This document shows, one piece after another, positions 39,989 through 48,498 of a stretch of DNA of 64,000 nucleotides (the first letter of the stretch is position 1; every line of letters starts with the position of its first letter). Where the stretch lies: the IMG/VR virus record IMGVR_UViG_3300014039_000031, positions 7,725 to 71,724 of that record; one strand, given 5' to 3'. A program made the position numbers and the translations under genes. Under the pieces are notes generated by a model. The model was not told the origin of the DNA, did no database searches, and saw nothing but the letters and a program-made list of their open reading frames with translations. This stretch comes from a virus.

Positions 39989-40432
39989 ATGGCTGAGTTG
40001 ACTAAGAGCGACTATAGATACTTTGAAATGGCACATAGGGAAGCTGAAAAATCTACCTATGATACCTTTCATCTTGGATGCGTTCTAGTCTATAAAGGTC
40101 ACATTATCGGTCGCGGAAGCAATTCCTCTAAAACTTCACCTATTCAGGCCAAATATAATCAGTTCAGGCAGTTCCGATATGGGCCGCAATTAGTAGCACA
40201 TAAAAACCATGCTGAAATCAGCGCTATTAAGAGTGTACCTTATCAGGTAGATAAAGAGACTGATTGGTCAAAGGTTTCATGTTACATTTATCGTATCTCT
40301 AAGGGTCGAAAAAAGAATGTGGGTTTAGCTCGACCTTGTGAGGGATGTTTTCAGGCACTTATCGATAAAGGTATTCGTAACATCTACTATACTACAAATA
40401 ATGGCTATGCGTATGAGGAAATTCTTGTATAA
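39989..40432 (+). CDS. Cytidine/deoxycytidylate deaminase family zinc enzyme
   Basis: HAEISAI ... PCEGCFQAL. Confidence 0.65.
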   Translation: MAELTKSDYRYFEMAHREAEKSTYDTFHLGCVLVYKGHIIGRGSNSSKTSPIQAKYNQFRQFRYGPQLVAHKNHAEISAIKSVPYQVDKETDWSKVSCYIYRISKGRKKNVGLARPCEGCFQALIDKGIRNIYYTTNNGYAYEEILV

Positions 40433-40511
40433 TGAATATTGTTAGTATTGCTGTAATTATAATTTTTATGTTTTCTGTCTATTGCTATTATAATGGAAAG
40501 CGATTTAAATA

Positions 40512-40814
40512 ATGAAGTGTATTCTAATTTCAGATAAAGAAATGCAGGATTACCTAAAGCATTTTAATGAATCAAATGGTTCAAATTATAGCTTTGTATG
40601 GTGCCCTGAATATTGTAATCTGGTTGATTTTACCAATCATCATCGTCTTGATTATAATAATTCATTACAGGCGATTTTATATGAATTTAAATATGATAAT
40701 ATTGAACTTAAAGCGGTAATTAATCTTGCTATCGAGGAAGGAACTCCTTTAAGCGATGTATGCGGCCTTTATCATGATACTAGCCGCAAAACCTATATTC
40801 TTACTTGGAATTAA
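40512..40814 (+). CDS. Hypothetical protein
   Basis: ORF. Confidence 0.4.
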   Translation: MKCILISDKEMQDYLKHFNESNGSNYSFVWCPEYCNLVDFTNHHRLDYNNSLQAILYEFKYDNIELKAVINLAIEEGTPLSDVCGLYHDTSRKTYILTWN

Positions 40815-40847
40815 AGCTATTAAGTAGATTCAAACAGTCTACTAAAT

Positions 40848-40922
40848 GGGCCATTAGCTCAGTTGGATTAGAGCCTGAAACTTCTATTTTCAAAGTCGCG
40901 CGTTCGAGTCGCGCATGGCTCA
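40848..40922 (+). tRNA. tRNA-Arg (anticodon TCT)
   Basis: Manual cloverleaf: GGGCCAT/ATGGCTC acceptor, GCTC/GAGC D stem, TGAAA-CTTCTAT-TTTCA anticodon arm, GCGCG-TTCGAGT-CGCGC T arm; flanked by inverted repeat cagtctacta/tagtagactg. Confidence 0.8.
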
Positions 40923-40969
40923 CTTAGTAGACTGGCAATAAGTTAGTCTATGTTATTTAAAACAGCATT

Positions 40970-41152
40970 TTGAAAGGATTTATTGTGAAAATTCGTGATT
41001 GGGAAGACTTCGATGAAGAGGATAACTTTGAAAAATTTTCCCATAAGACAAAACTAATTCGCCAGCGCAAAGATGATACTTATAAAAGTAAGCGTCGTGA
41101 GAAGCGTGAGCGTCAAGAATTTGAAGAAAATGCTGCGAAGGGCGGGGAGTAA
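40970..41152 (+). CDS. Hypothetical small basic protein (non-ATG start likely)
   Basis: ORF. Confidence 0.3.
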   Translation: MKGFIVKIRDWEDFDEEDNFEKFSHKTKLIRQRKDDTYKSKRREKRERQEFEENAAKGGE

Positions 41153-41236
41153 TTCCTGCCCTTTTTTATTATAAAAAATAGTTGCCATTTGCCACATAAT
41201 CATATATAATATATTTACCAAAAGAAAGAGGTAAGT

Positions 41237-42172
41237 ATGAATGAAGTAGATATGCTCCGCAATGATTCTCTTGTGCGGGAAAAGGATTTGGGAAACGGAA
41301 TCTCGTCTTTCAATTTTTCCAATAAGTGCTTTTGGGATAAGAAGTGGACTACGGAGTCAATCAAGGCTCGCGGATTATTCTGTGATGTTAAAAATAACAA
41401 TGTTGTGGCACGTTCTTATAATAAGTTTTTCAATATTGGAGAGCGTCCTGAGACTGAAATGCTGAATCTTCGTACTACTTTTGCATATCCTGTGCAGGCA
41501 TATGTGAAGTATAATGGTTTTTTGGCAATCGTCTCAGCAGATAAGGATAATCCCGATAAGTTGTTCATCGCATCCAAGAGCACTAATGAAGGCCCGTTTG
41601 CGGGATACATTAAGAACATTATTAACTCTATGCTGAGCGAAGACACGCAAAAGGATTTTGCAAACACCTTGCATAATCTTAATATCTCTGCTGTGTTTGA
41701 GTGTATTGACCCAGCGCATGACACGCATATTGTAGAATATTTCAGTCCGCATTTAGTTATGCTTGATTGTATTTATAATTCCTTTGAATATAAGCACATG
41801 TCATATGAGAATATGAGAGAATTTGCATGTAAGTTTGGTTTTTTGTTTAAGGTTCGTTTTTCCATTTTAACAGATTGGGAAGATTTTACAAGTTTTATTG
41901 ATTGGCATAAGGATGATAATGGGATTGAAGGATTTGTGTTTGAAGATGCTAATGGGTTCATGGTAAAGTATAAAACTTTATGGTATCGTTACTGGAAGCA
42001 GGTGCGTGGCGTTTTGCAGCAGGTCTGGAACGGACGTGATATTGATTCAATCAAGAATATCAATAACAAGATTAAGCCAGAGCACAAGCAGCCGCTTCTT
42101 GATTTCGTAGCTTCATGCCGCAATCGTGATGCGTGTCCATCAGTAATTGAATTCCGCAACTCTTTATCTTAA
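41237..42172 (+). CDS. Ligase/nucleotidyltransferase-superfamily protein (RNA ligase-like; motif I KYNG, motif IV-V EGFVFEDANGFMVKYK)
   Basis: Motif inspection. Confidence 0.4.
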   Translation: MNEVDMLRNDSLVREKDLGNGISSFNFSNKCFWDKKWTTESIKARGLFCDVKNNNVVARSYNKFFNIGERPETEMLNLRTTFAYPVQAYVKYNGFLAIVSADKDNPDKLFIASKSTNEGPFAGYIKNIINSMLSEDTQKDFANTLHNLNISAVFECIDPAHDTHIVEYFSPHLVMLDCIYNSFEYKHMSYENMREFACKFGFLFKVRFSILTDWEDFTSFIDWHKDDNGIEGFVFEDANGFMVKYKTLWYRYWKQVRGVLQQVWNGRDIDSIKNINNKIKPEHKQPLLDFVASCRNRDACPSVIEFRNSLS

Positions 42173-42178
42173 TTTTAG

Positions 42179-42208
42179 TTTGACTCTTGGTATAATATAT
42201 TATATAAT
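42179..42208 (+). promoter_or_regulatory. Early promoter TTGACT-N-TATAAT with upstream T-tract
   Basis: ttttagtttgactcttggtataatatattatataat. Confidence 0.55.
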
Positions 42209-42239
42209 ATAATTGTTCCAAGAGAGGAAAGGAAGTTAT

Positions 42240-42425
42240 ATGACTGCTACTTACACTACCGCCGTTCTTCGTCTCGCCAGCTATTACGTGGACAATAAGG
42301 ATGATATTACCGGAGATTATATTGATGGGGCAGTTATGACTATCAGTAATGTCTATGGGGTGCGTGACGAGCGCATTCGCCGAGACATGTATAAGATGAT
42401 TGACATTTTGATTGATGGAGAGTAA
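42240..42425 (+). CDS. Hypothetical protein (start at second Met after RBS)
   Basis: RBS agagaggaaagg. Confidence 0.45.
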   Translation: MTATYTTAVLRLASYYVDNKDDITGDYIDGAVMTISNVYGVRDERIRRDMYKMIDILIDGE

Positions 42426-42642
42426 AATGCTTTCATGGAATTGGGATATTAACAATCCTATTCGGCTTGGTATGGAGGACGAGCATATGCAGGAAAGCGT
42501 TTACAAGTGTATCCAAGAGTTCGAAAATGAATATATGGGGCATCCATCTTGTGAAGAGTTTGAAGATACCTTGGAGCGCAACGGTATTGACCCGTCTGAC
42601 ATGCCTAATTGCTATTGGAACGATTTAGCTCAATATCTTTAA
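42412..42642 (+). CDS. Hypothetical protein
   Basis: ORF. Confidence 0.4.
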   Translation: MMESKMLSWNWDINNPIRLGMEDEHMQESVYKCIQEFENEYMGHPSCEEFEDTLERNGIDPSDMPNCYWNDLAQYL

Positions 42643-42648
42643 TTCTAT

Positions 42649-42683
42649 GGGAGATTGTCTATTGACAGTCTCCCTATTTTTTT
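42649..42683 (+). terminator. Intrinsic terminator with embedded -35 ttgaca
   Basis: gggagattgtc/gacagtctccc + T-run. Confidence 0.6.
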
Positions 42684-42719
42684 ATATAATATAAAAAGTA
42701 TATATTGAAAGGATGATGT

Positions 42720-43532
42720 ATGATTAAACTTGCAATTCCCTTTCAATTGAATGGAGAGTTAAATGATGATGTAAAAGAATTCAATATTCTTTTTTACAAA
42801 TCTCGAAATTCAATTGAAGATTTGATTGAATTCGTTCAAAAGTATGAGAATACTCGCATTAATCTGGAATTCCCAGAAGGAATTCATATGCCGACAGTCA
42901 AATCAATTAATAAAGTCTCTGATAATATTTATATTAAGGTTGCTCCTGCGGATATTCTTAAAGTTGTAGAGCTTAAAGAAAATAATTTTAAATTCTTTTT
43001 TAATCAAGATATGCCGGTGTCAACATACACAGCACTTGATGCCTTTTTCCGCATGGGTGTATCAGACGTATACATTGCAGATGACCTATGCTATAATTTA
43101 ACAGAAGTGCGGCAAATGTGTGAAAGTCATAACGTACAAATGCGGCTAGTCCTTAATAAGATTCCATGCACTACTTTTGACCGTGGAGTTAATCCCAAGA
43201 GTCCAATCTATATGCCTAAAGACTTTGAGCTTTTGGATGGATATTTTGATGTATTTGAATTTGAGTGCGGCCTACCGTATGACTGGGCTAAGTTCGATGT
43301 TCTATATCGAGCATGGTTTATCAATCATTATTGGCATGGTCAAATGAGCGAAATAAATGAAGATGTAGACCAGAATTTTCATTGTGACGCAATCCATCCT
43401 GATTTTACCCGTAATAAACTAAATTGTGAACGTAGATGCTGCAAAAGGGTGTCAAATAATTGCCGCAAATGTGAAGATTTTCTTGAACTTGGTGAAGTAT
43501 TGAAAGCTAAGAGAATTCGATTTACAAATTAA
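42720..43532 (+). CDS. Hypothetical protein with Cys-rich C-terminus
   Basis: ORF. Confidence 0.45.
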   Translation: MIKLAIPFQLNGELNDDVKEFNILFYKSRNSIEDLIEFVQKYENTRINLEFPEGIHMPTVKSINKVSDNIYIKVAPADILKVVELKENNFKFFFNQDMPVSTYTALDAFFRMGVSDVYIADDLCYNLTEVRQMCESHNVQMRLVLNKIPCTTFDRGVNPKSPIYMPKDFELLDGYFDVFEFECGLPYDWAKFDVLYRAWFINHYWHGQMSEINEDVDQNFHCDAIHPDFTRNKLNCERRCCKRVSNNCRKCEDFLELGEVLKAKRIRFTN

Positions 43533-43534
43533 TT

Positions 43535-43570
43535 GGGCAAATGATTATAAACTTTTGCCCATATTTTTTA
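43535..43570 (+). terminator. Intrinsic terminator
   Basis: gggcaaa...tttgccc + T-run. Confidence 0.6.
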
Positions 43571-43627
43571 TAAATATATAAGCAATCGTCTAACTGTCGT
43601 ATAGGATTTAAGGAGAATTTTATTCAA

Positions 43628-44407
43628 ATGACAATCATTAAAAACAGGGCAACGAAAGCATTGGCCTATGGTGTATCTATTTTAGCCTTGGCCGGAGTGA
43701 CAAATGCTTATTGCGCTTCAAACGCAAGCGCTATGTCCAACGATGAAATCTTAGCTGCGGCTACTCGTGAAATCAAAGTTGAAACCATGTTCAAATATAA
43801 AGAAGATGGATATAATAACGCGCAGAGTTGGCTGGTAGATAAGATTAATATGCAAACCCAGCAGCAAGACCAAGTAACAAGAATCATTCAAGATTATGGA
43901 GATTATCTAGATTTAAATGAGATTTCTCAAATTCAACAGATTATGGAAAAGCAATCTGTGGCAACTAGTATCTCTGAATTAAAGCAGTATAAAGCTGAAC
44001 TTGATAAATGGTCACAGTATGGTGCCGATAAAAAACAAAAAGCACTCCAAGAGAAGAAAGAAGCGGAAGAGCGCGCGGCACAAGAAGCATTAGCGGCAGA
44101 GCAGGCAGCACAACAGGCCGCAATCGTCCAAAGTACGCAAACTATCTCATATAGTAATACCAATGCAAATACCTCTTACTCTTGGTCTGGTGGCAGCGCG
44201 AAAGATTTTATCGTAAGCAAAGAAAGTGGCGGTAATTATAACGCTACCAACGGTAGGTATTTTGGCGCGTATCAGTTAGATATATCCTACCTTAATGGTG
44301 ATTTATCGCAAGAAAATCAAGACCGTGTTGCCGAACAATATGTAAACAATAGATATGGCAGTTGGGAAAACGCTGCCGCACATTGGCAGTCTAACGGTTG
44401 GTATTAA
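43628..44407 (+). CDS. Secreted protein with coiled coil and C-terminal transglycosylase-like (Rpf/APF-type) domain
   Basis: Signal peptide; C-term GGNYNATNGRYFGAYQLDISYL...GSWENAAAHWQSNGWY. Confidence 0.45.
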   Translation: MTIIKNRATKALAYGVSILALAGVTNAYCASNASAMSNDEILAAATREIKVETMFKYKEDGYNNAQSWLVDKINMQTQQQDQVTRIIQDYGDYLDLNEISQIQQIMEKQSVATSISELKQYKAELDKWSQYGADKKQKALQEKKEAEERAAQEALAAEQAAQQAAIVQSTQTISYSNTNANTSYSWSGGSAKDFIVSKESGGNYNATNGRYFGAYQLDISYLNGDLSQENQDRVAEQYVNNRYGSWENAAAHWQSNGWY

Positions 44408-44415
44408 GAAAGTAG

Positions 44416-44754
44416 TTGACAATATTTGAAATGTTTGGTAATATATTATTGAAAGTTAAGAAGTGGGCAATTCCAGTAATTGCCGCATTAATCGTTGTGG
44501 TTGGGGGCCTAACAGTATGGGTTAACACTACCTTCCAAGGTCAACTTTGGTTCGACAAAATGACAAATCAAAGAACTCCACCTCCTGAGAATCACTGTAT
44601 CAAGGTGTATTCCGCAGGACAGCTCGTTGGAGACTATGATGGACATTATTCTGTAGAACAATTTGATGACCACATTGTTCTTATCAATCATGATAAACAT
44701 GATGATAAAACTGAAATCTACGGTGAAACCGCAGTGATTGTAGACGAAGATTAA
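44416..44754 (+). CDS. Membrane-anchored hypothetical protein
   Basis: N-terminal TM. Confidence 0.4.
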   Translation: MTIFEMFGNILLKVKKWAIPVIAALIVVVGGLTVWVNTTFQGQLWFDKMTNQRTPPPENHCIKVYSAGQLVGDYDGHYSVEQFDDHIVLINHDKHDDKTEIYGETAVIVDED

Positions 44755-44767
44755 AAGGAGAAAATCA

Positions 44768-45208
44768 ATGGTTGAATCTTATGGTATGAATTTTAATGCT
44801 GCACTAACGCAGGATAAAGATGGTAATGTGTCTCTTGGTGTACACGTGACCGATTCGGATGGCCTTGACATTGACAAGAATGAATCTGGCAGCGATATTC
44901 CAAAAGTCATTGAAAACCTTTGCAGTGGTCTGATTAAAGACCTAACAGTTGTATCCAACGGCCGCAAAGCCAAAAAGGAGAAGGAAGATGCGGAGAAGCG
45001 TCGTGCGGCCAAAGCTGAGAAGCAGAAGAAGATTGCAGACCTTAAAGCACAGGCAGAAGCTCTACAAAAAGAGATTGCTGCGCTGGAATCTGAGAAAACG
45101 TCCTCCACGCCCAAGACTACAGTGAGTGCTCTAGATTCACTTTCCAAGGACTTTGAATCTCTTCTGGACGATTCAACTATGAAAATTTTCCGCAAGATGC
45201 TGTTCTAA
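44768..45208 (+). CDS. Hypothetical protein with KE-rich coiled coil
   Basis: ORF with RBS aaaggagaaaatcaatg. Confidence 0.45.
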   Translation: MVESYGMNFNAALTQDKDGNVSLGVHVTDSDGLDIDKNESGSDIPKVIENLCSGLIKDLTVVSNGRKAKKEKEDAEKRRAAKAEKQKKIADLKAQAEALQKEIAALESEKTSSTPKTTVSALDSLSKDFESLLDDSTMKIFRKMLF

Positions 45209-45274
45209 AATTTATCTTGCAAACCCATATATAAAGTTATATAATATACTTAAAGAAAAGGAAGGAGATACAGG

Positions 45275-45619
45275 ATGTTCGTAGGTGACAAGTTTTATAA
45301 CATTGATACGGAACGCGACTTTGACGCTTGCTTGAAAGAGAACGGTTTCGACCCTGCGGAAATTAAAAACTATGCTATCTCCTTCCACGTTTCTAATCGC
45401 GCATGTTGCGTAGAAGGTCTACTTGGTGACGATTGGGCGGAAGTATCTCATGCGATTCAACAGGAGTGTGATGACTTGCGGAATGAGGTGGATAACCTTG
45501 AATCTCGTTCTCGCAAAGGCAATACTCGTGCTGACATTGCTAAACGTCTTAGCACTATTCTTGAGAATATTTATGACCTTGCTTTATCGAATCAAATTTA
45601 TGACCCCGATGAACTTTAA
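45275..45619 (+). CDS. Hypothetical protein
   Basis: RBS aaaggaaggag. Confidence 0.5.
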   Translation: MFVGDKFYNIDTERDFDACLKENGFDPAEIKNYAISFHVSNRACCVEGLLGDDWAEVSHAIQQECDDLRNEVDNLESRSRKGNTRADIAKRLSTILENIYDLALSNQIYDPDEL

Positions 45620-45632
45620 GTAATATTTTTTC

Positions 45633-45661
45633 TTGACAAAAAGGAAAATTAACCATATAAT
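45633..45661 (+). promoter_or_regulatory. Promoter TTGACA-17-TATAAT
   Basis: Consensus. Confidence 0.55.
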
Positions 45662-45730
45662 ATATTTGAAATCTTTGGACAAAGATGTATAATTTTGTTG
45701 TACAACTTTTTATATTATATAGTGGTGCTA

Positions 45731-45784
45731 GAGCCTACAGTGTTCCAGAAATATTGTAGGCTCATTTTTCTTTTGGCAAAGCCA
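45731..45784 (+). terminator. Intrinsic terminator (gagcctaca...tgtaggctc + T-run) ~100 nt downstream of promoter: short transcript/attenuator
   Basis: 9-bp stem + attttt ctttt. Confidence 0.55.
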
Positions 45785-46144
45785 GTTTAGTATAACAGTA
45801 ATACATCGCTCTTGTAAAGCGAAGCAGACAGGGCAGCACTGTCAACTGGCTCCAATATTTTAGTATTCTATGAGGATAATATAAAAGGAGATTCGACCAC
45901 TCCAAGCAATGCACTTGTATTATTCTCATAGAGTGCTAACCTTAGACACTCTCCAAGTGATAGTAGAGCGGAATTTGACCCCGTCTGTGCTATCCCAAGT
46001 TATAAGCGATTCGGGCAGTCGCTATACAAATTTGCCCACTTTAGATTATTAGATAGGCTACATAGGGAGTAGCTACCTCATGGAAAAGTGAATATCCACC
46101 ACCTGCCTATCTATTGTATTTAGTGGATAGGAAAGTGTGGATAT
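45785..46144 (+). other. Highly structured ~360-nt noncoding leader of HNH endonuclease gene; start codon region sequestered
   Basis: Many local and long-range complementarities (agataggc/gcctatct; aatatccacca/tgtggatat covering ATG). Confidence 0.45.
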
Positions 46145-46870
46145 ATGCTTAAATGTATTATTTGTGAAAAAGATTTTGTTATTAGACCAAATGGTAAAAT
46201 GGGCGGGGCAAATCGTCAAATTTGTTATAATTGCTTGCCTGAAGATATTAGTTCAAAACAAGAAAGACGAAAAGCTACGAATTTTCTTATTAGTCAAAAG
46301 CTTCAAAAAGAAAAAACAAGTCGTGGCTGCGATATTTGTGGTTACAATAGTTGCGGAGCAGCATTAGAGTGGCATCATTATAATAGCGATAAAGATTTTA
46401 ATCCAAGTGCTATTCCAGTATGTAATTGGGAAACATTGAAGAAATATCGTAAAGAAACTCAAAAATGTCAATTATTATGTGCAAATTGCCATAGAGAAAT
46501 ACATTATAAAAAATATTGGGGAAATTTTATTATGCCAATTGATAGTGGCCAAAGTGAAAATTTCAGAAAAGAAGTTTGTGATTATTACAAAGAAAACCTA
46601 AACATAAATAAAACTAGCGTTTATTTCCATAAAAATCGCGAAACAATTAAAAATATTCTGCTGTATTGTGGAGTTAAGATAACTAAAGAAGACAATCATA
46701 AATCTGTCAGTATGATAAATATTAAAACAAATGAAATTATTAAAACATTTTACAGTTTAAATGAAGCTAGTGATTTTTTAAATAAAGGTAAAGGTGGCAT
46801 TACCCATATATCTGATGCTTGTTCCGGGAAAAGAAAGACTGCTTACGGGTACAAATGGCGTTATGAATAA
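46145..46870 (+). CDS. HNH homing endonuclease with C-terminal DNA-binding module
   Basis: CDICGYN...HH...CANCH HNH motif; C-term TAYGYKWRY. Confidence 0.8.
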   Translation: MLKCIICEKDFVIRPNGKMGGANRQICYNCLPEDISSKQERRKATNFLISQKLQKEKTSRGCDICGYNSCGAALEWHHYNSDKDFNPSAIPVCNWETLKKYRKETQKCQLLCANCHREIHYKKYWGNFIMPIDSGQSENFRKEVCDYYKENLNINKTSVYFHKNRETIKNILLYCGVKITKEDNHKSVSMINIKTNEIIKTFYSLNEASDFLNKGKGGITHISDACSGKRKTAYGYKWRYE

Positions 46871-46899
46871 TATTTTTCATTTTTACTTTTAAAAATTAT

Positions 46900-46929
46900 T
46901 TGACAAATTATCAAATAATTTGATATAAT
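46900..46929 (+). promoter_or_regulatory. Promoter TTGACA/TGaTATAAT overlapped by perfect 10-bp inverted repeat aaattatttg/caaataattt (operator-like)
   Basis: Sequence inspection. Confidence 0.5.
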
Positions 46930-47318
46930 GTAGTTAACAAAAGGAAAAACACTTCTTTTGAACATAGGGTTCCTAAACCAAAAGAATTAGGTGCGGCTTA
47001 AGGTTTCAGACTACAGATAAAAGAAACTTAGTGATTAAATAAATGATGCGAAAGAACGTCTGAAGAATCACGATTAAAATATGGTTTGCGGTTATCCTAA
47101 AACCACACCTAAAATTTTTCTTGACTTCTAGTTGAGAATAATGTACAATATATTTAGAAGAAAAGGGGAAAAAGGATAGTCAACAGTACCATCAACAAAC
47201 CAGTGACCCTGCGGCGAATATTAATGAGCCAATACCCATAAGATGTAATATCGAGTACGCTGTTAGGTTGATTAAATTTTTCTTCCAAATAAGTTTAAAC
47301 GCCAAGAGAAAGAGGTAA

Positions 47319-47429
47319 AATGGCACAGTCTATCGAGTCTATGGAGCAGCGTTATCAGATGCTTATTAACCGAAAGGGTAAGAATTCAGAAAATGTAGGC
47401 ATTATGCGCAAACTTCGCCGCAAGATTAA
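47319..47429 (+). CDS. Small ORF (36 aa) with strong RBS
   Basis: agagaaagaggtaaaatgg. Confidence 0.3.
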
Positions 47430-47466
47430 CAAGGCTAAGTCAGGTATCATTCTTTCTTAATTTTAT

Positions 47467-47600
47467 ATGCGTGATAGGGATTCAGTTACTTCATATCAAT
47501 AGCAGAGATATAGGCTGTCGGTTCGAATCCGACCATCTACGGATGTAGCTCAACAGGTAGAGCGATGTCATTTTATAGTCTGAATCCAAGATTTCCGCAT
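47467..47600 (+). ncRNA. Y-like ncRNA paralog with T-arm and D-arm-like tRNA mimic
   Basis: 5' atgcgtgatagggattcagttacttc; closing helix atgcg/ccgcat and ggattcag/ctgaatcc; GTCGG TTCGAAT CCGAC T-arm; GCTC aacaggta GAGC D-arm-like. Confidence 0.45.
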
Positions 47601-47608
47601 ATTTTTTC

Positions 47609-47637
47609 TTGACTTTTGGTTATATATATTATATAAT
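47609..47637 (+). promoter_or_regulatory. Early promoter
   Basis: ttttttcttgacttttggttatatatattatataat. Confidence 0.55.
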
Positions 47638-47660
47638 ATATTTAGTTCAAAGGAGATAAC

Positions 47661-47807
47661 ATGAGATACTGCATTTGCCGTGAAAAAACTACGCATTGCC
47701 TGTCTATTCGAGTTGATACTGACTGCTCGCCTGTACGCTTTGATGTACTTTCCATTCATGACACTTTCGAAGAGGCAGATGCGGCACTTCGTTTTTATCT
47801 TGATTAA
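47661..47807 (+). CDS. Small Cys-containing protein (48 aa)
   Basis: RBS aaaggag + ATG; not in ORF track (<60 aa). Confidence 0.4.
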   Translation: MRYCICREKTTHCLSIRVDTDCSPVRFDVLSIHDTFEEADAALRFYLD

Positions 47808-47900
47808 TCTATTTTATAGATAGATTAATGTAAACATTCCGCAGCCAGAGCCAATCTGGACCGCCGCATACTTGAAAGGAAGCGGGTTTGAATGTTTTAT

Positions 47901-47973
47901 GCGCCCTTAGCTTAGTTGGTAAAGCAGTGGACTCTTAATCCAAAGACCGTCAGTTCGAATCTGACAGGACGCA
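47901..47973 (+). tRNA. tRNA-Lys (anticodon CTT)
   Basis: Manual cloverleaf; GTCAG-TTCGAAT-CTGAC T arm. Confidence 0.75.
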
Positions 47974-47988
47974 CCTATTTTATTTCGC

Positions 47989-48061
47989 TCGTCTGTAGTT
48001 CAGCTGGTAGAACATTTGGCTGTTAACCAAAATGTCGTAGGTTCGAGTCCTACCGGACGAG
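47989..48061 (+). tRNA. tRNA-Asn (anticodon GTT)
   Basis: Close to E. coli tRNA-Asn architecture; TTTGG-CTGTTAA-CCAAA. Confidence 0.8.
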
Positions 48062-48291
48062 CAAAATAAAATATTTGACAAAATCATTTCGGTAGTATAT
48101 AATATAAATATAAAATAACAAGTCTTCAAGAATCTTAACTCATACGGTTTGGCCGCCGATAGAGGAACTACTAAGGACGGGACACCTGAATGCTAGCTAA
48201 TACAGGGAGCAGACAGCCAGTATTGTCCTTGATGTAATCGAATGAGCTATCTTGTTGTTTTATATTTATATTATTGGTCGAAAGGTTTCAA

Positions 48292-48495
48292 ATGAAATTA
48301 TATCTGAAACACTATACTAACAAAATTTTATGGTCAGAGCCAAAAGATGATGATGAAGCATATAAAGATATTCAAAATTGGTTAACAGAACATTATCCAA
48401 TTAATCATTATATGCGGCATTGGGTAGATAATGCTGGTGTTCATTGGATTGATTTTGGTTCGCACACAGATTTCTTTTGCATTGAAGGAGAGTAG
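48292..48495 (+). CDS. Hypothetical protein (start MKLYLKH)
   Basis: Promoter at ~48074..48102 and 170-nt structured leader. Confidence 0.45.
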   Translation: MKLYLKHYTNKILWSEPKDDDEAYKDIQNWLTEHYPINHYMRHWVDNAGVHWIDFGSHTDFFCIEGE

Positions 48496-48498
48496 GCA

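Noticed and set aside
45785-46144. HEARO/IscB omega-RNA upstream of HNH gene
   Set aside because: Downstream ORF is a 241-aa phage-type HNH homing endonuclease without RuvC or bridge-helix domains
47531-47600. Stand-alone tRNA beginning GGATGTAGCTCAACAGGTAGAGC
   Set aside because: Only a D-arm-like hairpin; no anticodon or T arm downstream and no acceptor pairing; better explained as part of the Y-like RNA at 47467..47600
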